This document shows, piece after piece, positions 1 to 10,575 of a stretch of DNA of 64,000 nucleotides. The position numbers and the translations under genes are program-made. Every line of letters starts with the position of its first letter. Positions within the stretch are counted from its first letter, which is position 1. The stretch covers positions 5,280,001 through 5,344,000 of the forward strand of contig OZ244065.1 in the NCBI GenBank assembly GCA_965215505.1, written 5' to 3'. Source of the stretch: Capsulimonadaceae bacterium (GTDB lineage Bacteria > Armatimonadota > Armatimonadia > Armatimonadales > Capsulimonadaceae). Below the pieces are notes generated by a model. That model was not told the DNA's origin, made no database searches, and was given only the letters and a program-made list of their open reading frames with translations.

Positions 1-103
1 TCACGACGTCGAGGGTGAAGGTGGCGATGCCGCATTCCTTGGGCGGGTACGTCCCTACATAGGCGATCTTGTGCCGCCTCGCGAGATTGGGGTAGGCGCT
101 CAT
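1..103 (-). CDS. Glycosyltransferase family 4 protein, N-terminus (runs off window)
   Basis: Manual translation MSAYPNLARRHKIAYVGTYPPKECGIATFTLDVV; YPPxxCGIATFT is typical of a GT4 N-terminus; AGGAGG SD upstream. Confidence 0.75.
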   Translation of the reverse strand, partial: MSAYPNLARRHKIAYVGTYPPKECGIATFTLDVV

Positions 104-332
104 GGGTGTGATGACCTCCTCGCGCGGCGGGGCCGCGCGGTAACACAACTTACGTTACACTGTCGAAGATTGCCGACATTGGCAACTTGTGTCGGATGGC
201 CGAACCTGATTGAGTCGTGCCGGGGGTGGCGTTCGTGTCAGGGCCGGACGGGGAAGCCGGGAGCCATAAAAATGCGGCCCAACCGACTGTACATAAGACT
301 ATACCTGGAAAAGAGGCTTCTTTAAACCTGGA

Positions 333-893
333 TCAGCGGCAGCAGGAGGCGAGCAGGGAGGAGAGGAACAGGCACGGCAGCAGCAGGCCCGTCCCGTCGC
401 CCCCCACATCGGGGACGCCGGGCAGGCCGCCGGGGCTGCCGCCCGCGTGCGGGGCAAGCCCCTTGAGCAGGGGTGCAAGGAAGCCAAGCAGGACGGAGAA
501 TGCGATCGAATTAAGGACCGTCCCCAGCACGCTCCAGCCGATGGTCATCCAGCCGATCTGCGTCTTGCGCGGGTCATCCAGCATCAGGAAGACGATGCCG
601 ACCGGCAGGCCGATGTAAGGGAACAGCATCCCGAGGGCCGCCGCCGCCTTGGGTGCCAGGGCGGACTCGGCGGCTGGCCTCGACGCGAACGTCCGCTGGG
701 CGGGCGTGATGCCGGGGAGTGGCGGAGGGAGCGGCGCGGCGAGGGCCTCAGCCGACCCCGCCGGGACGGCTTTCAGCGCCCGCCCGCACTGCCAGCAGGC
801 CGCTGAGGCGGGGAAGTTGTTCGCGCCGCAGTACAGGCAGCGCACCCGCCCGGCCTCACCGCCGGGTCCCGTGTTGGAAGGGGAGACGGCCAT
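333..893 (-). CDS. Zinc-ribbon membrane protein
   Basis: CLYC...CWQC zinc ribbon followed by hydrophobic helices. Confidence 0.7.
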   Translation of the reverse strand: MAVSPSNTGPGGEAGRVRCLYCGANNFPASAACWQCGRALKAVPAGSAEALAAPLPPPLPGITPAQRTFASRPAAESALAPKAAAALGMLFPYIGLPVGIVFLMLDDPRKTQIGWMTIGWSVLGTVLNSIAFSVLLGFLAPLLKGLAPHAGGSPGGLPGVPDVGGDGTGLLLPCLFLSSLLASCCR

Positions 894-1172
894 CTACTTG
901 AGGTTCGGGTCCCCGGCCGGCTTGTCGGTGTCCACGGAGACCGCCCGCCCGCCGTGCGCCGGCTGGACGCTCGTCCTGCCCAGGTCCTGACCGTTCAGGT
1001 AGAACAGCAGTGCCGCCAGCAGCAGGACCGCCAGGGCGATGCCCGCGATCCGCCGCCAGTCCCCGGCCCGGCTGGCCGGGACCACCGGCTGCTCCAGGCC
1101 TGTATCCCGGCCGACGGAGTTGAATTTGGGGACACCCCCGAGGAACTCTTGATTCTGCTTTCGTTCAGCCAT
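894..1172 (-). CDS. Small single-pass membrane hypothetical protein
   Basis: 92 aa, one TM segment, abuts next gene. Confidence 0.6.
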   Translation of the reverse strand: MAERKQNQEFLGGVPKFNSVGRDTGLEQPVVPASRAGDWRRIAGIALAVLLLAALLFYLNGQDLGRTSVQPAHGGRAVSVDTDKPAGDPNLK

Positions 1173-1293
1173 AATAACAGTATGCTACCCGAATCAGGCT
1201 CAAAACCGAGCCGAAATCCCCGAAACTTTTGGCTCCCCTGGTTGTCATAGGGTGTGAGTACGATTTAAGCGCGGAAAGGCACGAATTTCCTCA

Positions 1294-2391
1294 ATGAACT
1301 GGACGTTTTGGACGCGGACCCCACCGATAGAGCCTGACGACTGTGAGACAATTGACCCGCTGCTGTCGCTGTACGCCGACGGGATGACCTCCCTCGATGA
1401 ATCCGCCCGTGTGGAAGTCCACCTGCCCGGCTGCGCGTCCTGCCGCGAGTCGCTGGCCTGGATGCGGGCGACCCGCTTCGCCCTCGCCTCCCGCCCGGTC
1501 GCGCTGCCGCCCGCCGACCTGCGCGTCCGCATCGCCGAAGCCATCGCCGCCTCGTCCGCCGCGCCGGTCCCCGCCACGTTCACCACCCGCCGCGCCTTCG
1601 CCCTGCGTCCGGCCCTCGCCGCCGCCGCCTCGTTCGTCATGCTCGGCGTCGTCGGCTACGGCCTGCTGAATCACCCGCCGCCCGCCGCCGTACAGCCCGT
1701 GACACCGCCGCGGTTGGCCGCCACGCCGCGCGTCACCACTGCCGCGCCTGTCGTCAAGACGGCACCCGGCGTCAAGATGCACCTGACGCCGCACCCGTCG
1801 GCCCAGTCCAAGCACACGCGCCTCGACCCGGACCGGATCGCCAGCACCCGGCCGACTGAGGCCGCACCCGCCCCGGCGGTCGTGAAGACGCACGCCCCCG
1901 CGAAGCCCGGCCCCCGGATGCTTGCCGGCATCGCGCCCATCATGGCCCCTGAGAAGGTGCGGCCCGCAGCCGACAGGAAGCCGGCCCCGCATCGGCTCCG
2001 CCCTGAGCTGATGGCGACGAACAAAGGCCTATCCCCTGCCGCCGAGACGCGCAAGGTGCTGGTCGTCAAGCCTGAACCCAAGCACACCGACATGGCCGTC
2101 GCCGAGGCTCCGCACCCTCAGACACTCTCCGCGCCCGCAATCATCGAGAAGCAGCCCATCATCACGCATGACCCGGCCCCGGTCGTCGCTGTCGCCAGCA
2201 GCAACGAAAGCCGCGTTCAGACGGCTGAGGAACACGTTGTTATCAGGTTAAATCACGCCGCCGCGCAAGTCATGGGGCATATGAGCCTTGCTAGAGATAA
2301 TGGAGGCGCGACGGCCATCAGGACTATGATTGAACAAGACAGGACTCCCGGCCCCGACATGACACGCGGATCGTTCGGTAGTCCCCGATAG
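1294..2391 (+). CDS. Zinc-finger (zf-HC2) anti-sigma factor-like protein
   Basis: HLPGCASC (HxxxCxxC), TM helix, Pro/Ala-rich C-terminal region. Confidence 0.8.
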   Translation: MNWTFWTRTPPIEPDDCETIDPLLSLYADGMTSLDESARVEVHLPGCASCRESLAWMRATRFALASRPVALPPADLRVRIAEAIAASSAAPVPATFTTRRAFALRPALAAAASFVMLGVVGYGLLNHPPPAAVQPVTPPRLAATPRVTTAAPVVKTAPGVKMHLTPHPSAQSKHTRLDPDRIASTRPTEAAPAPAVVKTHAPAKPGPRMLAGIAPIMAPEKVRPAADRKPAPHRLRPELMATNKGLSPAAETRKVLVVKPEPKHTDMAVAEAPHPQTLSAPAIIEKQPIITHDPAPVVAVASSNESRVQTAEEHVVIRLNHAAAQVMGHMSLARDNGGATAIRTMIEQDRTPGPDMTRGSFGSPR

Positions 2392-2537
2392 ATAAAACGG
2401 GCGGCGAACTTTCTGCCGCCGGGCGCGTCTTTACCAGCAAGAAGCCTCGGCGGCCTGCCGGAGCAGCAAACAAGTTACCCGTCGCTCTCCTGGAGAGTAG
2501 TGGGCGCTGAAAACTTTTCATATCAAAAGGAACAACA

Positions 2538-3320
2538 ATGACCCAGCCGAACCGAAACGCCGCGAAGGCCGGCTTCACCCTGATCGAGCTGCTCGTCGTC
2601 ATCGCCATCATCGCGATACTCGCGGCGATCCTTTTCCCCGTCTTCCAGAGCGTCCGCGAGAACGCCCGCCGGACCCAGTGCCTCAGCAACATGAAGCAGC
2701 TCGGGCTGGCGATCACCCAGTACACCCAGGACAGCGACGAGCGGATGCCCAACTTCACCGACGGCAATCCGGGGAACGGACTTCTCGGCGGCTGGGACTA
2801 CTACACCGGCTATGGCAGCGCCGCGACCGTGAAGTTCGACCCCACGCAGGGCAGCCTGTACCCCTTCATCAAGAGCAAAGGCGTCTACGTCTGCCCCGAT
2901 GATACGACCGGCCAGAACACCGGCACCTCCTACGCGATCAACTCCTGCCTCGCCGGCAACGTCCGGGACACGGCCTCGATGCTGAGGATCGGGAAGAACA
3001 TCGCCACCATTGACAGCCCCTCGGCCACCCTGCTGTTCTGCGAGGAAGGCGCGGGTGCCGGCAGCGCGTCCACCAACGACGCCTACTTCAGCTACCCCTC
3101 GCCCGACCACGTCGCGATCCGTCACCGGGGAGGCGGCGTCTTCGGCTTCATTGACGGCCACGCCAAGTACCTCCAGCTTGACGCCGGCAGCCCCAACGCC
3201 GCCTCCCCCGCCGCCGACCTCAAGGTCTACAACATGCAGGACGGCCTCGACCCCACGAACACGGCCGGCGTCCCGCTGCCCGCCCCGAATGGCACCGGCG
3301 GCGGCCTCTGCTCCAACTGA
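2538..3320 (+). CDS. Prepilin-type N-terminal cleavage/methylation protein, DUF1559 / H-X9-DG family
   Basis: [49 protein letters not shown]. Confidence 0.9.
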   Translation: MTQPNRNAAKAGFTLIELLVVIAIIAILAAILFPVFQSVRENARRTQCLSNMKQLGLAITQYTQDSDERMPNFTDGNPGNGLLGGWDYYTGYGSAATVKFDPTQGSLYPFIKSKGVYVCPDDTTGQNTGTSYAINSCLAGNVRDTASMLRIGKNIATIDSPSATLLFCEEGAGAGSASTNDAYFSYPSPDHVAIRHRGGGVFGFIDGHAKYLQLDAGSPNAASPAADLKVYNMQDGLDPTNTAGVPLPAPNGTGGGLCSN

Positions 3321-3344
3321 CCTGGACCCCCCTCCCGGCCGTCG

Positions 3345-3385
3345 TGCCCCCCGCCTCCTGCCTCTAAGGCAGGAGCGGGGGGCAT
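3345..3385 (+). terminator. Hairpin after DUF1559 gene
   Basis: gcccccc..ctcctgcc/ggcaggag..gggggc inverted repeat; no U-tract. Confidence 0.4.
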
Positions 3386-3448
3386 CCGTCTGTCTGCCGG
3401 GAACCTCTCCCGCCCCGCCCGGTGTTCTGAGGCACGGGAGAGCAAGAA

Positions 3449-4255
3449 ATGACGATGTATCTGCGGCGGCGGGCCGGCTTCTCCGCCGGGTTCCGCCGCC
3501 CGCCGCCCGGCGAGACCGGGCGCGGACACGACTATCTGTGCGAGCTGACCGTCGGCGGCGAGATCGCCCCCGAGACGGGCATGGTGATCAACATCAAGGA
3601 CGTGGACGCCGTCCTGAAAGCGCACGTCGTCGGCCCGCTCGCCGGGAAGCTGCTGGACGCGGAAGTCCCCGCCTTCCTGGACACGCCCCCGACCCCGGAA
3701 AACCTCGTCCGCCTGATCTGGGGACGCTGCGCCCCCGCACTGCCCCCGCAGAGCGCCCTCGCCCGCGTCACCCTCTGGGCGACTTCCACAATGCGCGCAG
3801 AGCTGTCCGCGCTTCAGAATCCCCAGGAGAGGCCCATGCTGACCGTCACCCGCACCTATGATTTCTCCGCCTCGCACCGGCTGAACTCGGCCGCGCTGTC
3901 CGCCGAGGAGAACGCCGACATCTTCGGCAAATGCAACTGGGAGAACGGGCACGGACACAACTACGAGGTCGAGGTGACACTGGCCGGCGACCCCGACCCG
4001 CGCACCGGGTTACTCTGGGACCTTGACCACCTGGACCGGATCGTGGACGAAGAGGTCTTGAAGCCTTACGACCACAAGCACCTTAACTACGACGCCGCAG
4101 ACTTCCGCGACCTGAACCCGACCTCGGAGAACCTGACCCGCGTGGTGTGGGACAACCTCTCGCGGCGTTTAGGGCAAGAAGACCTGGGCCGCGCCCGCCT
4201 CTACCGCGTGGCGGTGCGGGAGACGGCCCGCAATTATTTCGAGTGCTATGGCTGA
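3449..4255 (+). CDS. queD: Tandem-domain 6-pyruvoyl/6-carboxy-tetrahydropterin synthase (PTPS/QueD-like)
   Basis: Second domain FSASHRL, GKC..GHGHNY, SENL, ET; first domain degenerate; adjacent to folE. Confidence 0.8.
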   Translation: MTMYLRRRAGFSAGFRRPPPGETGRGHDYLCELTVGGEIAPETGMVINIKDVDAVLKAHVVGPLAGKLLDAEVPAFLDTPPTPENLVRLIWGRCAPALPPQSALARVTLWATSTMRAELSALQNPQERPMLTVTRTYDFSASHRLNSAALSAEENADIFGKCNWENGHGHNYEVEVTLAGDPDPRTGLLWDLDHLDRIVDEEVLKPYDHKHLNYDAADFRDLNPTSENLTRVVWDNLSRRLGQEDLGRARLYRVAVRETARNYFECYG

Positions 4256-4286
4256 CGGAAGACGGCCATTTAGGAAGACGTGTATC

Positions 4287-4961
4287 GTGACACAACTGAA
4301 CGGATTTGAGAAGCGGGGGCTGGAGACGGTGGAAGTCCTCCCGCCGCGCGAAGCCGCGCATACCAACGGGAATGCGGTCGGGAAGGTCCGGCCAAGCCAG
4401 GAGATGATCGAGGGCCACTACCGTGACCTCCTCGCCTTCGTCGGCGAGGACCCCGACCGCGAGGGCCTGCTGCGGACCCCCCACCGCGCCGCCGAGGCAC
4501 TGAAGTATCTGACGCAGGGCTACGGCCAGGACGTCCACACCCTGCTGAACGGCGCGATCTTCCACGAAGACTATGAAGACATGGTGGTCGTCAAGGACAT
4601 CGAGTTCTACAGTCAATGTGAACACCATATTTTGCCGTTTTTTGGCAAGGTCCATGTCGCCTACATCCCCAACGGGCGCATCGTCGGCCTGTCCAAAATT
4701 CCTCGGCTCGTGGACATGTTCGCGCGCCGGTTGCAGGTGCAGGAGCGGCTGACGACCCAGATCGCCGAGGCCCTGGAGGCTGCCCTGGAGCCGCGTGGCG
4801 TCGCCGTCGTCGTCGAGGGCACACACATGTGCATGCGGATGCGCGGCGTCCAGAAGCAGGAGGCGACCATGATCACCTCGCACGTCATGGGCGTCTTCCG
4901 AACGGACCGTGCCACGCGCCAGGAGTTCATGGCGCTGGTGAAGGGCAACGGCCACCGCTGA
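4287..4961 (+). CDS. folE: GTP cyclohydrolase I
   Basis: [38 protein letters not shown]; start 4287 (GTG) or 4248. Confidence 0.95.
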   Translation: MTQLNGFEKRGLETVEVLPPREAAHTNGNAVGKVRPSQEMIEGHYRDLLAFVGEDPDREGLLRTPHRAAEALKYLTQGYGQDVHTLLNGAIFHEDYEDMVVVKDIEFYSQCEHHILPFFGKVHVAYIPNGRIVGLSKIPRLVDMFARRLQVQERLTTQIAEALEAALEPRGVAVVVEGTHMCMRMRGVQKQEATMITSHVMGVFRTDRATRQEFMALVKGNGHR

Positions 4962-5079
4962 TGCCGGCCGGTGATGTCAGCTGGCGCGGGAACCGGAGGC
5001 CTCTCCCCCGTGTTCCTCTGATAGCGAGAGATGATGTGGCCTCCGCAGCCGGCGGACTGGCCGACCAAGGAGAAGAAGC

Positions 5080-5406
5080 ATGAGCGCAGTCCCCGCCGTT
5101 TCCACCGCCGAGTTCGACAAGCAGGTCCTGGAGTCTGAAATGCCTGTTCTGGTGGACTTTTGGGCCGTCTGGTGCGGCCCCTGCCGTACCATCGCCCCCG
5201 TTGTGGATGCCGTCGCGGAAGAGTTCGCGGGCCGCGCGAAGGTTTTCAAGCTGAATGTGGACGAGAATCCCGAGATCGCGGGCCGCTACGGTGTCCAGAG
5301 CATCCCGACCCTGATCGTCTTCAAGGCCGGCCAGAAGGTCGGCCAGCTCGCCGGTGCCCAGAACACGCGGCAGACCATCGGGGCCGCCCTGTCCGAGCAT
5401 GTCTGA
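5080..5406 (+). CDS. trxA: Thioredoxin
   Basis: [18 protein letters not shown]. Confidence 0.95.
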   Translation: MSAVPAVSTAEFDKQVLESEMPVLVDFWAVWCGPCRTIAPVVDAVAEEFAGRAKVFKLNVDENPEIAGRYGVQSIPTLIVFKAGQKVGQLAGAQNTRQTIGAALSEHV

Positions 5407-5465
5407 ACGACCGACCCCAAGCCATTTTCTAAATAAACCACTGTCTATATCAAGGAGAAGTTCGA

Positions 5466-5789
5466 ATGAGTAATGCCAGCGCCGTCACGACGGCCAATTT
5501 CGAGAAGGAAGTCTTGCAGTCCGATGTCCCCGTCCTCGTGGATTTCTGGGCACCCTGGTGCCCCCCCTGCCGTGCCATCGGCCCCACCCTGGATGCCCTC
5601 GCCGATGAGTACCAGGGCAAGGCCAAAGTAGTCAAGGTGGACGTGGACGATGAGCCGGAAGTCGCCTCGCGCTACGGCGTCAGCAGCATCCCCGCACTGC
5701 TGCTGTTCAAGGGCGGCGAGCAGGTCGGCCAGCTCGTCGGCGCGCATCCGAAGACGAGCATCGCCAATCTTATCACGAACGCCCTCTAA
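5466..5789 (+). CDS. trxA: Thioredoxin (second copy, WCPPC)
   Basis: VLVDFWAPWCPPC, SIPAL. Confidence 0.93.
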   Translation: MSNASAVTTANFEKEVLQSDVPVLVDFWAPWCPPCRAIGPTLDALADEYQGKAKVVKVDVDDEPEVASRYGVSSIPALLLFKGGEQVGQLVGAHPKTSIANLITNAL

Positions 5790-5802
5790 GAACTGGAACA
5801 AC

Positions 5803-5839
5803 AAAAGCCGCCCCGCGCAGATGCGCGGGGCGGCTTTTT
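5803..5839. terminator. Bidirectional intrinsic terminator
   Basis: aaaagccgccccgcgca-gat-gcgcggggcggcttttt between convergent genes. Confidence 0.9.
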
Positions 5840-5850
5840 CCGTTTGGGAG

Positions 5851-6690
5851 CTACCGGGATTGGGGCGGCGGCGGCTGCCCGAAGCCCTGGTTATGCACCA
5901 CCTCGCGGCTGTCATTGTCGCCCGTCGGCGGGTTCAGGACCTTGAACGGGTACACGCTGCGCCCGTCCTGATAGCCCGTCACGCCGTAGGTGGGGTAGGG
6001 GGCATCGCGCGTCACCGTCCACGCCGCCGGGTTGTCTTTGTCCTTTATGTCCCCGCCGCCCTTAAGGCTGCGGACATACGCCACCGCCGCCCACCTCTCG
6101 TTAGGCGTCAGCCAGTGCCGGAAGCCGGGCATCTTGCCCTGACCCATTGTGATATGCCAGAACATCGCCCCGTCCGAGATATGCTGCACCAGGGGCGCGG
6201 CCAGATCCGGCGGGTGGGGGACTAAGTACTGCCCCACCGTGCCGTAGCCGTACCCGCCTGGGTTGTGGCACTGTACGCACCGGTTGTAGAACAGCACCTG
6301 ACCCGACCGGACGACGTGCGGATCCTCCGGCAGTGGGCTTTTCAGGGCATCCACGGCCGCCGGGGCAGGCTCATACCGGGCGTTGTCGGAGAGGTTCGGC
6401 GGCGGCAGCGTCGGCTCCTTGGAAGGGAACTGGTTCAGGCGCACTCCCCCGCTGTACTTCGCCTCCGTATCGCCCGGCAGCTTCACCTGCGCGCCATACG
6501 CAATCGAGGCCACCGGCCGCGCGTCCGTCGGCAGGATGGCGTCGCCCGCCGAAACCGACTCCTGCGGCGGCGCGGCGCGGGGCGCGTCCAGCGGCGTATA
6601 GTTCGGCTGGCGGTACATCTGGTTGCCGCAGCCGGTCAGCGCGAGGAGGCCAAAAAGGCCGCCCGCGCTCTGTAACAGATTACTTCTCAT
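5851..6690 (-). CDS. actE: Monoheme cytochrome c lipoprotein, ActE-like (alternative complex III)
   Basis: Lipobox LLALTGC, MYRQP, CVQCH, GxGKMP. Confidence 0.8.
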   Translation of the reverse strand: MRSNLLQSAGGLFGLLALTGCGNQMYRQPNYTPLDAPRAAPPQESVSAGDAILPTDARPVASIAYGAQVKLPGDTEAKYSGGVRLNQFPSKEPTLPPPNLSDNARYEPAPAAVDALKSPLPEDPHVVRSGQVLFYNRCVQCHNPGGYGYGTVGQYLVPHPPDLAAPLVQHISDGAMFWHITMGQGKMPGFRHWLTPNERWAAVAYVRSLKGGGDIKDKDNPAAWTVTRDAPYPTYGVTGYQDGRSVYPFKVLNPPTGDNDSREVVHNQGFGQPPPPQSR

Positions 6691-6715
6691 GCAACTACAT
6701 TCTAATCACGCGCTT

Positions 6716-7243
6716 TCATTCAAAGCTGCGCGCGTCGTGCCGAACATCCGTCGCGCCGGCCTCACGGCAGAAGCGCTCCGCCCGCGTGGCCTGCTTCTCG
6801 TCGGCGCAGTGGGCGGCGATGCCGATCAGGCCCTCCGAGATGCGCGGGTCATAGACCTTTGCCCGCCAGTTCGGCAGGCGCATCTCGAACAGGGCCGCGA
6901 AGAAGGCCGCCGAGAGTGCGAACAGCATCATCATCTCGTAGGCAATGATGCCGGTCGGCGGGACCGGCGAGATCGGCTTGCCGCCCACCCGGATCAGGTA
7001 GAGCTGGGCGGACCCCGCCGCCAGGGCGATCCCGAACCCGATCCCGACCAGCGCGAACAGAATGGTGATCAGGGGCAGCCGGATCGGCGACCTATCCGCC
7101 TCCAGCACGCCCTCGGGAAAAGGCACCGAGGACAGCACCATCAGGTCCTCCGAGGCCGCGCCCCCTTCGCTCCGCAGCCGGTTGAGCGCGTTCGCCGCCT
7201 GGTCGATCTCCTCGAACAGTCCGAGTACCGTTGTTTCAGCCAT
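6716..7243 (-). CDS. actD: DUF3341 / ActD membrane subunit
   Basis: VLGLFEE, two TMs, VGGKP..., YDPRISEG. Confidence 0.85.
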   Translation of the reverse strand: MAETTVLGLFEEIDQAANALNRLRSEGGAASEDLMVLSSVPFPEGVLEADRSPIRLPLITILFALVGIGFGIALAAGSAQLYLIRVGGKPISPVPPTGIIAYEMMMLFALSAAFFAALFEMRLPNWRAKVYDPRISEGLIGIAAHCADEKQATRAERFCREAGATDVRHDARSFE

Positions 7244-7321
7244 CGTTTCCAACTTCTAAGGGAATGTGTTTGCATTACCCAAAAGGGACGGCCGTCAAAC
7301 CCGTCACTCCCCCAAGATCGG

Positions 7322-9118
7322 CTATTCCAGTGTGTGTCCGACGCAGGTCCAGGAGAGGATGTCGTACTGGGTGGTGGTCGTCGGAAAAGCGGGTGGGGGG
7401 TTAGTCGCCAGGCGTCCGTCGTAGTGGCGCTCAGTGGAAAGGCCGCTCGTCAGCAGGCCCCCGGCGGACAGGGTGCCGAAGCCGCCGCCGTGTCTGACGA
7501 TGAAACTGCCGACCTGTCTGAACGTGCCCAGAGGCCGCGTCGTCACGCCAGTCGCGTCACAGGTGTTGAACGCCAGAATGGCCGCGTCAACCTCGACGGC
7601 GGTCAGCGGCAGGCTGTTCGAGTCCCGATCAACCACCTCGACCGTGTTGGAGATCAGGCCCAGCGTCCCCGCCTGCTGCGTCAGGATCGTGTTCAAAGGC
7701 TGCGTCAGCGGCAGGGAAAGGAGCGCGCTGTATTGGAGGCTGCCGTCAATGTTCATGTTCCTGCCGGCATCGGTTGCGATGGTCAGGTGGTTGCTGGGGA
7801 GGAGCGCGCCCAAAACCTGGTTGTCCAGGATCGTCCCGTGGAGGCCGCCGGATTTGGGGGCGGACTGGCTTCCGATGTTCCCATCACAGTAGATCACGCC
7901 ATTCCCGATGCCGACATAGAAGGTGATGAGGGGCAGCGCGAAGGACCGTGTGACGACCACCGTCGTCTGATTGAGCAGGCCGTTAAGCAGGACTGTGGTC
8001 GTGAATGGTCCCACGCCGTCCTGCTGCTGGATGCTGATGGATTGGACATTGCCCGCCCCGACCGCCAGCGTCATTTCCTGCACGTCGCCGTGGACGTAGA
8101 TGCCGCCGACCGTGGTGCCGCCGCTGATCCCGCTGGTGAGGACGCCGTTGAGCAGACTCGTGACCAGCCCGCCGCCCCCGCCGCTTGGGATAGTCACGCC
8201 GACCGCCGTTGGCGCGGGCGTTCCGGCAAGCGCCGCCAGTTTCTGCGGCGTGCTGTCGGCGGGGAAGGCGATCGTCGGCGTCCCGCAATGCACCGATGCC
8301 GCCCCGCCCGCAGCGAGGGAAGACCAGTCGGCCGTGGTGTGTGGACTCGTGGCGGCCGTGGGGGTGCTGAGGAACCAGTTGACATGGGTGCCGGACATGG
8401 TCACCGCGTCCGCCGCGCCGTCACTGAAGATCGGCTGGGGCGCGGCCGTCTTCCACAGGATGTTGTTCACGACGCCGCCCGGACTGCCGTCGGGGTTGGA
8501 GTTGTTGCAGTGGACCGGGCCGTCGAAGCCGGTCACGCCGCTGATCCAGTAAGCGTCCGGCGCGGACTGATCGGAAAAGTAGTTGTATTTGGCGAAGCTG
8601 ACCTGCTGGACCTCGGCCTCGACGGTCTGCACGGACGCCCCGCAGGTGCCTATCGCCTCGATCAGATACTTCTTCGGGGCCGACCCCGAATTGCCGCCGC
8701 CGGGGTAGACACGGATGCTGAACGTATGGGCGGCATCCGGGTAGCTCACGACCGCGCGCTGCGGGCTGCCGGCGAGGGATGCCCCCCAGAGGGTCGGCGC
8801 GAACGCCTGGGTCTGGGAAGGGGGCGCGGCCTGAGTGTGCAGCCACTGAAGCGTCAGTTCGACGCCCGAGGCGGCGAGTTCGGAGGCGGTCGTCGCCTGC
8901 GCGCGCGCCGCCGTCATCTGCAAGGAATTACCCGCCGTCGCCGCCCCACCGCCGCCGCTGGTGCCGGGGACCAGCGTGATCCCGATCAGCATCGCGGTCA
9001 TCAGCCCCAGCAGGACCAGCATCGTCAGGGCGAACGCCATGCCGCGACGCCGCCCCCGCCTAGTCGGAGCGCAGGGGCGTGTTCGTGGCTCCGTAGGTGG
9101 GCGTCGGGTTTGGCTCAT
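7322..9118 (-). CDS. PilX/GspK-like minor pilin with large C-terminal domain
   Basis: RRRRG|MAFALTMLVLLG prepilin-like without Glu5; FDGPVHCN; YDGRLATNPPPAFP. Confidence 0.75.
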   Translation of the reverse strand: MSQTRRPPTEPRTRPCAPTRRGRRRGMAFALTMLVLLGLMTAMLIGITLVPGTSGGGGAATAGNSLQMTAARAQATTASELAASGVELTLQWLHTQAAPPSQTQAFAPTLWGASLAGSPQRAVVSYPDAAHTFSIRVYPGGGNSGSAPKKYLIEAIGTCGASVQTVEAEVQQVSFAKYNYFSDQSAPDAYWISGVTGFDGPVHCNNSNPDGSPGGVVNNILWKTAAPQPIFSDGAADAVTMSGTHVNWFLSTPTAATSPHTTADWSSLAAGGAASVHCGTPTIAFPADSTPQKLAALAGTPAPTAVGVTIPSGGGGGLVTSLLNGVLTSGISGGTTVGGIYVHGDVQEMTLAVGAGNVQSISIQQQDGVGPFTTTVLLNGLLNQTTVVVTRSFALPLITFYVGIGNGVIYCDGNIGSQSAPKSGGLHGTILDNQVLGALLPSNHLTIATDAGRNMNIDGSLQYSALLSLPLTQPLNTILTQQAGTLGLISNTVEVVDRDSNSLPLTAVEVDAAILAFNTCDATGVTTRPLGTFRQVGSFIVRHGGGFGTLSAGGLLTSGLSTERHYDGRLATNPPPAFPTTTTQYDILSWTCVGHTLE

Positions 9119-9887
9119 GGTCTAGGTTCAGTTCATGGTCCCGCGACAGGACGCACTTGCCGATGACGGGCACCTGCTGGCTCCCCGCCGTCATCTCGCT
9201 GGTCTGGGTGCCGCGCAGGGACGAGTAGTAGGCGCTGACGAGGCGGACTTCCAGTTGGTAGGGGAACTGTTGCGCGCCGGACGAGTCGGCGGGCCGCTGG
9301 AACTGGACGGCGCCGGCCGAGGCCGGGCTGAGGCTGGCGAGCAGCGCCCTGCCGACCGGCTGCCCCAACTCCGCCCCACTCAGCCAGAGATAGCCGCCGG
9401 ATGCGGCGTTAGGAGTGCCGTCGCTGTTCGCGCGGTAGATCCATAAGACGCTGGCGGGCGAGGACGTTGCGGAGCGGTCGTAGGCGGGGGGCATGAGGAG
9501 ACTCCCGTTCCCGCCCGCCACCGAGGGGGAACCCGAGGCCGGGGAGACCAGCTCAACGCCCGTGTCCAGCAGGGAGCCGCCCGCAGTCGTCTGGAACGCG
9601 CCGGGCGCCTGCCCCCCCGGCGAGGTCCACCAGGCGTCCTCCGGCAGAGCCAGCCAGTGTGCCTCTTCGACGTCTCTGGCGATGTGCTGCACCGCGTTGG
9701 CCGCGTCGGTCGTGGCGTAACACGCGGCCCCGCTCTGGACGGTGATCTGCGCCGAGGCGACATAAAGGTCAACCGCCCCTAGGAAAAGCAGCAGCGTGAG
9801 CGAACCGCCGACGATGACCTCGACGAGCGTGAACCCTCGCCGCGCTCTCCCCTGCTGCCTTTTCCCCTGCTGTCTGTTCCTAGTCAT
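9060..9887 (-). CDS. Prepilin-type minor pilin (PilW-like)
   Basis: RRG|FTLVEVIVG; start at ATG 9887. Confidence 0.8.
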   Translation of the reverse strand: MTRNRQQGKRQQGRARRGFTLVEVIVGGSLTLLLFLGAVDLYVASAQITVQSGAACYATTDAANAVQHIARDVEEAHWLALPEDAWWTSPGGQAPGAFQTTAGGSLLDTGVELVSPASGSPSVAGGNGSLLMPPAYDRSATSSPASVLWIYRANSDGTPNAASGGYLWLSGAELGQPVGRALLASLSPASAGAVQFQRPADSSGAQQFPYQLEVRLVSAYYSSLRGTQTSEMTAGSQQVPVIGKCVLSRDHELNLDHEPNPTPTYGATNTPLRSD

Positions 9888-9912
9888 GTTCTCGCTGCTC
9901 CCTCGCACCCGG

Positions 9913-10446
9913 TCAGGAGTGCGGCATCTGGATGACCAGGCCGGTGAGGCTGTAACCGCCTGCGGCGGCCGCACCCGCAGGCCAGTGCAGGGCCACCGTC
10001 ACGCTGTCCACCGTGCCTGCCGGGACGGTCGCGTTCAGCGAGGCGTAGTCGGTGACGGTCAGTGTGGCCGTTGTCCCCTGGAGGAACACCCCCTGCCCGC
10101 TGGAATCCGCCAGCAGGCGGTCGCAGGCGGTGAAGTTCGCCGTGTAGGGCACCCCGAGACTCGTACTCGTGCCCGCATCAATGATGCCGAGCGAGGCCAG
10201 TGTCGCCGGGCTTTGCAGCGCTTGGAAGCCGGCCCCGCGAATCTGCATCAGTTTATGCTGCGCCAGGGCCGACGCCTGCGCGTAGTGGCCGCTCACGCGC
10301 GCCGACAGCAATGTCATGGGTAGCACAGCGGCGAAGAGCAGGCCCATCATCACGAAGATGCCCAGCGCGAACACCGCCTCGAAGAGCGTGAATCCGCGCC
10401 CGGAAGCATCGCGAGACCTGTGCGGTGTTCGTGTGATTGTTCTCAT
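9913..10446 (-). CDS. Prepilin-type minor pilin (PilV-like)
   Basis: GRG|FTLFEAVFALGIF. Confidence 0.8.
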   Translation of the reverse strand: MRTITRTPHRSRDASGRGFTLFEAVFALGIFVMMGLLFAAVLPMTLLSARVSGHYAQASALAQHKLMQIRGAGFQALQSPATLASLGIIDAGTSTSLGVPYTANFTACDRLLADSSGQGVFLQGTTATLTVTDYASLNATVPAGTVDSVTVALHWPAGAAAAGGYSLTGLVIQMPHS

Positions 10447-10575
10447 CCATCATCATTATCGCGCCTCGGCGCGGTTTCTTTAGGGCTGCCGGCTTGCTGG
10501 AGTGCCCGAATGCTCTACAGTGGCCCGGCATTTTTGCCGATACTCTCACGAGACGCATGGCACCCCCGGTCGCGG

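Noticed and set aside
3449-4961. 7-deazaguanine DNA-modification (dpd) cluster
   Set aside because: No queC, queE or dpdA nearby; housekeeping pterin role suffices
6623-9166. 847-aa plus-strand ORF (and similar long ORFs, e.g. 58649-62065, 27236-28873, 46362-47948)
   Set aside because: Antisense shadows of recognisable genes in GC-rich DNA; no motifs
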